Assembly (NCBI GenBank): GCA_905178155.1
Contig: CAJINV010000001.1
Span: 8,817,642 to 8,881,641 of the forward strand
From: Amoebophrya sp. A120
Taxonomy: Eukaryota; Protista; Dinoflagellata
DNA length: 64,000 nt
Direction of reading: 5' to 3'
Shown here: in pieces, positions 47,149 through 55,997 of the stretch
Layout of the letters: each line of letters starts with the position of its first letter
How positions within the stretch are numbered: position 1 is the first letter of the stretch
Notes under the pieces: generated by a model
Database searches by the model: none
Told to the model about the DNA's origin: nothing
The model's input: the letters and a program-made list of their open reading frames with translations, nothing else
Program-made: the position numbers and the translations under genes

Positions 47149-50100
47149 ATGACCTCCAAGCGCAGCATCTGTAGTTCCTCCGATATGGTGCCTGCTCGTA
47201 GCGGAAATCCTGCATCTCACGAAGACGATGAACCGAAGCAGACCATCGGCACAAGCCCGACATCCTCTATTGGTAGTGAACCTCCGCCCTTGTCGTTTGG
47301 TGCGGTGCCGGAGGCGCTCTTCGGGGATCTCTACGGGATGCAGTTGGAGAACGCGAAGGACGTCCGGAGCACGCTGCGCGACATTTTCGTTTTTCGTGAC
47401 AACCTGATCAATTTCAAGAAGCTGTGCCAACGAAATCTTCGCAAAATCGTCGCTCTCCTTGACAAAACCCGCGCCCCGCACCAGTTCTTCCATTACGGCA
47501 TGCGTGTCCTTGCGGTCTCCCCTGACAAGCGCGGCCTGGAAACGATCATCGGGGAATACAAGCTCGTCGCGGAGAACAACAGCACCTGTGTCAGAGGACA
47601 TAACGTCGAGGAGGAAACTTCTCGGAAACGGAATAAAGACGTGGGCGCCATAGAAGTCTCTTCTGGCCCCGCGCCTTGCAATTATGAGTCCGTCCTCTGG
47701 GAAACGGAAGAGGTGGATGGCAAAACTGCACACAACGCTTGTTCTGCCCAAATTCAAGATTCTGTTTGGTCTTCCGACAACGTCACCCTCACTCAACCAT
47801 GCCCGTGGATACGCGAGCCGTGCCACCTAGCAAGTCTCGCCGATGGACGGGACGGCGAGTCGAATGAGCGCGACGAGAGCGAGAAGCTGTCAACTGTGCC
47901 TCGTAACGAAAGAGCCTCTTGCAGCACTGAAAATACAAACACGATTCCCACATTCCGTGACCAGAAGGATCACTATTGGACGGAGAGCAGCCGTTATGCG
48001 GAGATCACGCGTGTCAGGAATCGCTTGCAGGGCTTCCGTGACGTGCTGATGCATTTTCGCAACTTGACAAAGGCGCTTTGCTTGATTTCACGCGCCCCGC
48101 CAGAAAGAAATGCTGCCGGTGTTCAAGGTGCTGCAAGTTCTGTTCTGGAGCCAGCGCAAAGATCTTCCTCGTCTCAAACGAGAAAACGAGTGGACAACGG
48201 TACACACGCAACGACGTTGCTGCAGCCTAGCAACGCACCTCTCGCGGCAGGGGCCGCTTGGTGGAGGATGCAAGAAAAACGAGCAGAATATTCGCCTCCA
48301 GGTGAGCAACTGCAGCCCGACGGTCCGAAAAGAGACGAAGCGCCGCTTTGCGTGCTGCACTTCAAAGATGCTGCGGAAAAACCGAACGGGGATGGCACCA
48401 CTGCGCATGTAGAAGAGAGGGCCGAAGTAAACAAGACGAGGAACCGCCTCGCGGCGTGCGCTTTCATAGCAGATCAGAGTTTCTTCGACAAAGGTGATGC
48501 AGTCACGACGAAGCAAGTGCAAGGCCAGCCGCAAAACAGGAGCAACGAACAAGTAAATTGCCTTCAACTTCAGGGCGCTGTGCGTTTCTTCCTCGTGCAG
48601 TCCGGATCCTACAAGTACTGGCGCGCACGGGAAGGCTTACGGGCTGCGTACGCTGATCTCAAAACAGCGAGTGAGCAGCTGGACAAAAAAATCAAGCAGT
48701 TGCGAGAGGAGTTGGAGGAAGTAGTGCGGGGGAAAAATGGTTGCATGCTGTCCATTCTGGAATATGACCGTGCAGATTCGGGTTCGGGGTCATCTCGACG
48801 TCGCCACAAAAGTAACAAGTCACATGGGCTTTACCGTCTAAAGGCCGATCCCGGGGGAGACCTCATATTTTTGCCTCGAGGGGAGGGCTTTGCTGCCTGC
48901 TCATTGGAAGAGTTCCGCCAAAAGACGTCAGCCTACCATCGTACGACAAAGAAATTGGAAAAACTGGAGGGGACACGCGATGCGCTCTCTCTGCTGCTGG
49001 ATAGTGCGGAGGCTGTGTTGTATCAAAAAGGGCGCATTGTGTCTGCCAGCGATGCGTCTGGATCATCGTCGTTCTTGAAAAAGGGCGCAGGCGCTTCAGC
49101 ATCTTCCGGCATTGGGGGCGTTGCTGATATGAAGATGGGGTTCGGGAGCGATCATGAGTTGTCAGGTGGCAACGAGCTTGGAATTCCGTCCATTTACACC
49201 AGCATATTGGCACCCATGGAAACTGAGATAGAGACACAGACGGCGGTTATGCTAGCCGTTCTCAAAGACGCTGTCGATGTATCTGCTTCTCCAGCGAGCG
49301 ATGCCTCGACAGGCGCAGCCTTCCTCTCGGAAAGATTCGAGAGACACACAAACGAACCGCTGGTGCACTGCGCTGTCTGTAAGGCGCAGCTTCCGCAGTC
49401 CCTGATGCTTTGCAACAATGGAAATGGCGGTGACGCGAGGACTGCGTCTGAGGGCAATCCCAATGGTAATGACGATAAAGTCGCCAAACGCTCGGCTCCT
49501 AACTGCTGCCTTTTGTGTGCGGACCGGATTCGGCACGACAGAAAGATATGCCCGCAGCGTTTCCTCGCTGAAAGTAGACGTCATAATGTCGAAGCAGGCC
49601 AGCATGAGAAGAGCGCCAGAAGTACTGGCGCTGCGCTGAAGTCACATATTTTCTGTCCTCACCAGCATCGATGCTTGGCTTGCGACAATACGGCTTTTGT
49701 TCGTTGTGGCGAGTGCGGACTGGCACGGGGCGGTGCGGATGAAGTTCAAGATTTGGTAACGAAATTAGTACAAGGCGAACAAAGTGCTGCAGCCCAAGGA
49801 AATAAAAGCTTTGCCCATCTCTTTCTCGACTTTGATTTGACGCTTTGCTCTACCAAGGGAGGGGCAAACCCGCTGAAGGGTGCGCATGAGCTCGATTCAG
49901 AGCTTGTGGACGTCATCAAATACCTGCTGTCCGGCGAAAGAAAACATGAATGTGCTGAAATGCCACAATGCACACACGACGACGACCACGTAGAAGATGA
50001 TTCTGCCGCCGGCTTCCCTGAAGAGCAAAACAAGCGCGACCTGACCACCGGGCGAGTGACCATTCTGACCAAAAATCCGCACCGCGAAGAGATCCGGTCT

Positions 50101-50289
50101 TTCGTTCAACGTGAGACTGGTCTCAGTGTGCGCGTAGTCACCGTTCCCGGCCGAAGCAGCAAGCGCGAGTGGGTCGCGGAGAAGCTGCAGCAAGGCAGCG
50201 TGGTGTTTGTCGACGACGACATAAATGAACACGCAGCAATCGGAAATTTGCCTAACCTCTGGAGAATTCACTTCACAAGGGATGAGTAG
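47149..50289 (+). CDS. 1046-aa intronless protein with a Cys/His-rich (zinc-finger-like) region and a C-terminal HAD-like hydrolase domain
   Basis: HAD motif I FLDFDLTL, motif II TILTKN, motif III K and motif IV VFVDDD; CxxC pairs (CAVC, CLLC, CPH, CLAC, CGEC) just upstream. Confidence 0.7.
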   Translation: MTSKRSICSSSDMVPARSGNPASHEDDEPKQTIGTSPTSSIGSEPPPLSFGAVPEALFGDLYGMQLENAKDVRSTLRDIFVFRDNLINFKKLCQRNLRKIVALLDKTRAPHQFFHYGMRVLAVSPDKRGLETIIGEYKLVAENNSTCVRGHNVEEETSRKRNKDVGAIEVSSGPAPCNYESVLWETEEVDGKTAHNACSAQIQDSVWSSDNVTLTQPCPWIREPCHLASLADGRDGESNERDESEKLSTVPRNERASCSTENTNTIPTFRDQKDHYWTESSRYAEITRVRNRLQGFRDVLMHFRNLTKALCLISRAPPERNAAGVQGAASSVLEPAQRSSSSQTRKRVDNGTHATTLLQPSNAPLAAGAAWWRMQEKRAEYSPPGEQLQPDGPKRDEAPLCVLHFKDAAEKPNGDGTTAHVEERAEVNKTRNRLAACAFIADQSFFDKGDAVTTKQVQGQPQNRSNEQVNCLQLQGAVRFFLVQSGSYKYWRAREGLRAAYADLKTASEQLDKKIKQLREELEEVVRGKNGCMLSILEYDRADSGSGSSRRRHKSNKSHGLYRLKADPGGDLIFLPRGEGFAACSLEEFRQKTSAYHRTTKKLEKLEGTRDALSLLLDSAEAVLYQKGRIVSASDASGSSSFLKKGAGASASSGIGGVADMKMGFGSDHELSGGNELGIPSIYTSILAPMETEIETQTAVMLAVLKDAVDVSASPASDASTGAAFLSERFERHTNEPLVHCAVCKAQLPQSLMLCNNGNGGDARTASEGNPNGNDDKVAKRSAPNCCLLCADRIRHDRKICPQRFLAESRRHNVEAGQHEKSARSTGAALKSHIFCPHQHRCLACDNTAFVRCGECGLARGGADEVQDLVTKLVQGEQSAAAQGNKSFAHLFLDFDLTLCSTKGGANPLKGAHELDSELVDVIKYLLSGERKHECAEMPQCTHDDDHVEDDSAAGFPEEQNKRDLTTGRVTILTKNPHREEIRSFVQRETGLSVRVVTVPGRSSKREWVAEKLQQGSVVFVDDDINEHAAIGNLPNLWRIHFTRDE

Positions 50290-51183
50290 ACTTGAACTGC
50301 TTGACTAGCAGGGAAGCAAGAATTTTTATGCAGCAGCACTCTGCCTCTCAATTTCAGTTTGCAGGACTACGAGGTAACCAGCTGGATTGGTGTTGCAGTT
50401 TCATCTTTGATCACCTTCCGCGTGATCGGTCTATCTGAGTTTATTTCTGCGATTTTGATCATAGCAAAAGCGAAGAAGGAAATTTACAAAAAGCAAAACG
50501 AGAAGAATGAAGTGAAGTACAGAAAGTCGAAGGATTGTTCTTGGTGTTGAGGCATGATGTATAGCACGCGGACGAATTGTTGGTTTTGGCTCTCGGGAGG
50601 ATGGGGTATATGATCGAGGATGTTGTTTACATCTGTCCACCTCATTGAAAAGTTGCTCAAGATCCACACTAGCTGCAAATCCTGTGCTGCTAGACTTTTT
50701 TCTTTTTGCAATTCTTTGTTTCCATTGCTATGGTACTTGTAGCTGGTTCGTGTGGATGTCCGTCTGTTTCTGAGGGATTCAGATTCGTATGTGCATTAGC
50801 GTGAAGATCATGAAGAAGCTAAAGATCTAGATCCATGGACATACATAGTGCCGTTTTTTTTTTTCGAGCTAACAACGAGCGCCTTCGGAACGAGCGGAAC
50901 TGATTCTTCTATTTGCAATTTCTGTCTTGTCTTGTTTTATTTCATTTTCGTTCTGAACTAGAATCCAGGATGTAGGCGGGATTGGACCAGGAGCTTGCAG
51001 TTGTACGGGTTCAAATGGACTGCACTCCGAATGAATCAATTACTAGATTTTATTTATGATTTGAGATTGACTACTGACACTGCATTGGAACAAAACCCCG
51101 AAGGTGAGACTATTATCTGAGAACTTCTCTGTTTTGTCCTTACTCCAAATTCGTAAAATTCTCTTCCAAATTTCGTCACAAAA

Positions 51184-52037
51184 ATGTCCGCGTCATCATC
51201 TTCGTCAACAGCAGCTCCTTCAAGCTCCGGTCGTGTAAATTTTGGAGACCTCATGTTACAGAAAGCAGGACGTGGAGACAAGCTGAGCTACGCGGAATGG
51301 ACCAAGCAAATGAAACAACAGCACGACGAATCCTTTCGCCTGCGGGTGCTTGCGTCGATGGTATATCTCGGTGGTAGAGTCTCAGTCTGTGACTGTGAGC
51401 CCTTTGCGGTTGCTTCCTTTTGTGTGCTAATTTTTTAATAGGGCTTCACTTCTATCGTCTCTGTTGTGTTTGTTTCCATTTCATTCGCCGTTTTCCATGT
51501 TGCTGCAACCAGGTATCCGCCTGGACGCAGGCCATCCGCAGAATTACGCCCGGAAATTGTCTTCCCGCGCTCCCAATCGAAGTCCTCAGGATTATCCTGA
51601 GCTTTGTCGGGTCCGTCATGCCACCTCCTGCGATCCCCAGTCGGGATGAAGTTGAGAAGTTGTGTCACGAAAAGCGTGCGGAGGAATACGGAAAAGTGGC
51701 GAAGTACTACGCGGATTTAGCGAAGGCCGCAGCGCTGCAGGGAAAAAGCCGCCTCCTCATCACCAAAGAAGTTGCGAATGCCGCGCCGAGAATCTTCGCC
51801 GGAGACGACGAGGACGGCGGCAGAAGTGCCGGGCGCTTAGGTGTCTTTGGTATCTTGAATCTGCGCTATGGTTATGAAGTGCGCGACAGTGATGGCGACC
51901 CCATTGAAAAGGCTCATCTCTTCATGGAAGACAGCGACGGCTTTCCATACTCCTTGGAGTGGACCGAGAGCAAGCGCAACAAGGCCGACCCGAAGCCGCT
52001 CGTCGAGGCTTTTCGCCGGATGGAGGAGCGGAACTAG
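51184..52037 (+). CDS. F-box-like motif protein, paralog of 60067-61427 (2 exons)
   Basis: GT-AG intron 51361-51512 (ASM|VSAW). LPALPIEVLRIILSFVGSVMP resembles an F-box start; DGFPYSLEW is shared with the paralog. Confidence 0.6.
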
Positions 52038-52984
52038 ACCCGTGTGGGGCAGGCTGCGAAGAAATTGCCGAAGCGCGGAGAATCGTATGTAGTGAGGTCA
52101 CGAACGTTCTATCCTAGCGGTTTTTTTGCCATGCATCACGCAAAACGACCCGCAGTTTTCAAGCGGCCGGAAGTGTTTTGGGGCATAAAAAGTTTTTAAT
52201 TATCAAGCGGCCGGGGCTTTGCCAACAAACAAGCCCGGTCGAAAACTAGCGATTCCCGCTGGATAAAACGACGCAGGGGAGCCGGCAAAAGGGGCGCCCT
52301 TCTGAGGCGCCCACCGCCTTAGTTTCTGGCGGTTTGGGGCGCCCAAAAAGTAGCACTCCGAAAAAAACAGCGAATCCGCATGGTATGGGCCTCATTTTGG
52401 CCCACATTCGGGCCCCGCAAAAGACGCCATCAAAATCCGCCATCTCAGAGGCGGACTCAAGGCCAGAAGATGCGGCATTTTGACAAAAAAAAAAAATAAA
52501 GACCAAAGTCCGCCAAAAGCAGAAAGCCAATCCGCATGCTATGGGCCCGATTTGGGGCTCCCAAGCGGCCGACCATGGCGGGGGCCCTGGCGGGTCCATA
52601 GCATGTGGGGAAGGTTTTTCGATTCGAAACCAAATGGAGGCCAGTTCTGGATCGATATTTTTAGCGACCGCCGTGCCGTCCTGCATAACATTACTCACGA
52701 TGGCACGGTGGGCAGAGAGTTCGCGTCTTTTTTTGGCGTGAAGACAAAAAAACCGCCATGACCTCACTACCCCCGCTGAGGCGGCTATTATTGGTACATG
52801 GAAAGAGGTGGCACACTTCACTTAATTGTTGGAGTCCTCATCATGTGAATCGACAGAGTGCTTAATAAAAGTTGAAAAATTATTGGCGTGTCATGTTTGT
52901 CTTCGGAGAAACTGCACGTGCGCGGTGCTGGATGTGGTGTTTCTGAATCGTCTTCGAAAAAATGCCTGAGTAACAAATAAACAA

Positions 52985-53014
52985 TAGGCGTGGGCCTGCG
53001 GGCCTAAATTCCGG
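52985..53014 (+). repeat. Solo 30-bp copy of the outer end of the 79-bp TIR
   Basis: TAGGCGTGGGCCTGCGGGCCTAAATTCCGG is identical to 53866-53895. Confidence 0.85.
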
Positions 53015-53606
53015 AGTTGAGTCCTGTGCTTTTGCTGGTGAAAGAAGCTTTGCTAAGCGTCCCACCACTTCTGGTGTCGCCAATACTTTTTCTCTGGCGC
53101 TTTGCAGGTGGCTCCATTTTTTCCCCAGCGGGTGCTGGGCGCAAATTTATTTCTCAAAACGTAAGACTAAGAAACTGAAACAAGAGAATGCAAAATTCCA
53201 GCTTTTTTGCGCATCTCCATTGATCATTTACGACGATACACGATATGAGGTTTCTTGGGCTTCTCGTCTGATAATGATATGACCCAAGGCCGCCATCAGA
53301 GGATGACGCTTCACTCAACCTGATCTGAGTGATCTGTTGATCTCACACACATGAAGATCTAAAGATCGAGAAGACGCGAAAGAACCAAAAACGCAGCGTT
53401 TGCCTTGGTTAGAATTGCAAAAACGTCGCATGCTCCTGGCCGAAAAACATCAAATAAGACAAAAGCAAGCAGCACTTTCAAGAGTGACAATTAAAAGAGT
53501 GACTTGTTGTCTTCGCACTTCTGCTTGTCCAAGCCACGCCCAGAAAACAAAAACTGCAAGTGCCCCACCGCGAAATAAGCGGCGCGCTGCCATACTGCGC
53601 AAAAAG

Positions 53607-53677
53607 TTACTCATCCCTTGTGAAGTGAATTCTCCAGAGGTTGGGCAAATTTCCGAACGCTGCGTGTTCATTTATGT
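53607..53677 (-). pseudogene. Inverted 71-bp duplicate of the last codons and stop of the 47149-50289 gene
   Basis: Reverse complement matches 50219-50289 with 4 mismatches (INEHAA[I/F]GNLPNLWRIHFTRDE*). Confidence 0.85.
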
Positions 53678-54293
53678 ATGAACAGGAAGGTGTTATTGAA
53701 GTAAGCACCAATTATACCATCTTTTCGGGTTTATGGCTTCCTACCGTGGTCTGATTACAACAACAACTGCACTAACGCTCGCAGTGTGATTAACTTTCTG
53801 AAATTTGTGAGCTTCGGTTTGCGAGTGTGCCGCGTTTAAGAACAGCAGACGTATTTTATTTGGAGTAGGCGTGGGCCTGCGGGCCTAAATTCCGGTGGGT
53901 TGGTCGGTTGGTTGGTTGGTTTTGGACAGACGACATTTGACCGAATTTACGAAGTATGGAGACAAATCCCTGCTCGCTCTTGGCGAAGAGCGGAAAACCA
54001 TGCACCTGTCGCGGAGACAATAATCTCCTCGAAAAGATTATTGTCTCCCCAACAGGTAGATGGTTTTCCGTGGAGATTATTGTCTCTCTCGCCGATACGT
54101 AGAGGTTGGAAATTGAAAATCGGAGCCCTGCCCTCGGGGGTGGGGCGGCTCCACGGTTTTGAATTTAGAAGACAGCCGCAACGGCAAGGAGGGCGAAACA
54201 TGATAAGGGGGTGGTCGGGGCGCGCGGCGCACCTGCCTCCCTACCGGGGCTGCAGCCCGCCCCTGCGAGGCAGAGTTCGATGTGTCCACGCAA

Positions 54294-54565
54294 CACAGAC
54301 ACAAATCTGTGTTGCGCGGGCGCCAATCTGTGTTGCGCGCACCACAAATCCGTGCTGCGCGCAGCTCGCCGCAGACACAAATCTCCGCTGCGCGCAGCGC
54401 AAATCTGTGTCGCGCGCAAATCTGTGCTGCGTGTTGCGCGCAAATCTGTGCTGCGCGCAGCTCGCCGGAGACAAATCTGTGCTGCGCGGACGCAAATCTG
54501 TGTTGCGCGCAGCACAAATCAGTGTTGCGCGCAGCTCGCCGCAGACACAGATCTGTGTTGCGTGG
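54294..54565. repeat. Minisatellite of ~18-22-bp CAAATCTGTG(T/C)TGCGCG units
   Basis: About a dozen degenerate copies, some extended by GCAGCTCGCCGCAGACA. Confidence 0.85.
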
Positions 54566-54889
54566 ACGCGATCGGAGCTCCGGGGGGCCTCGTGAGAATT
54601 TGCGCGAGATAGAAAGAGGTCGGGGCTCCAGTGCTGCATTTTTCTCCAGCCGCGACCTGCGTTTCCTGCCTCAACCCAAGCAAAGCACATTTGGGAAATA
54701 GAGACATATTCGCGCAAAATTTGGATCAGCCCCCGCTTGGTCATGCCGAGCGGGGGCTTTTTGCGCAACGCAACCCCTTGGCTGCGCGAGTCCCTTGCTT
54801 GCAAGCCCCCTGCTAATAAATTGAGCCCCTGGGGAGGTCGGCAGGCGTGGCCACCGGGTGGCGCGCGCGCGCCGACCCCTGCCAAGGCA

Positions 54890-55830
54890 GGTGGGTGGGT
54901 AGGGTCGGCAGGCGTGGCCAATAGGCAACGCACGCTCGCCCCACCCCCTCCCGCCCCCGCTGGCTTGGCAGGTGGGTTGGTAGGTCGGTAGGCGTGGCCA
55001 ATAGCCAACACACGCTCGCCCCCCCCCCCATTTGGCAGGTGGGTGGGTAGGTCGGACGCACGCTCGCCCCGGCCCCCCCCCACCAGGCAGGTGGGTGGGT
55101 AGGTCGGTAGGCGTGGCCAATAGGCAGCGCACGCTCGCCCCACCCCCCCACCTGCCTGGTGGGTGGGTTGGTAGGTCGCTCGGCAGGCGTGGCCAATAGG
55201 CAGCGCACGCTCGCCCCACCCACCCACCAGGCAGGTGGAGGGTGGGTAGGTCGGTAGGCGTGGCCAAGAGGCAACGCACGCTCACCCCACCCACCCACCA
55301 GCGAGGTGGGTGGGTAGGTCGGTAGGCGTTGTCAATAGGCAGCGCACGCTCGCCCCACCCGCCCACCAGGCTGGTGGGTGGGTAGGTCGGTAGGCGTAGC
55401 CAAGGGGCAGCGCACGCTCGCCCCACCCACCCACCAGCGAGGTGGGTGGGTAGGTCGGTGGGCGTGGCCAATAGGCAGCGCACGCTCGCCGCACCCACCC
55501 ACCAGGCTGGTGGGTGGGTAGGTCGGTAGGCGTGGCCAATAGGCAGCGCACGCTCCCTCGCCCCACCCACCCACCAGGCAGGTGGGTGGGTAGGTCGGTA
55601 GGCGTGGCCAAGGGGCAGCGCACGCTCGCCACACTCACCCACCCACCAGCGAGGTGGGTGGGTAGGTCGGTAGGTGTGGCCAATAGGCAGCGCTCGCTCG
55701 CTCGCCCCACCCACCCACCAGGCTGGCGGGTGGGTAGGTCGGTTGGCGTGGCCAATAGGCAGCGCGCGCTCCCTCGCCCCACCCACCCACCAGGCTGGTG
55801 GGTGGGTAGGTCGGTAGGCGTGACCAGTAG
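54890..55830. repeat. Tandem array of ~68-bp units (about 14 copies)
   Basis: Unit GGTGGGTGGGTAGGTCGGTAGGCGTGGCCAATAGGCAGCGCACGCTCGCCCCACCCACCCACCAGGC(T/A); starts at 55305, 55373, 55441 and 55509 give a 68-bp period. Confidence 0.92.
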
Positions 55831-55997
55831 GCAGCTGTCTCTGGGTGGAAAGGGATAGGTAGGTAGGTGGGTCGGTGCGATCACGGTACTACAATGAATC
55901 GCAAAGGCGCCAGGTAGGTGGGTAGGTAGGCAGCTTCAACAGTAATAGTAGACGAATCTCAGAAAAACACAAAACACAATGCAGCGGGGTCGGTCAA

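Noticed and set aside
47370-47470. SPX-domain-like NLRKIVALLDK segment
   Set aside because: The N-terminal MKFGK-type SPX motif and lysine cluster are missing.
54890-55830. CRISPR-like array
   Set aside because: Units are contiguous near-identical repeats without unique spacers, there are no cas genes, and the context is eukaryotic.
53900-55884. Long ORFs (231-371 aa) as a transposase or other protein
   Set aside because: They are translations of GC-rich tandem repeats with periodic peptides and no catalytic motifs.
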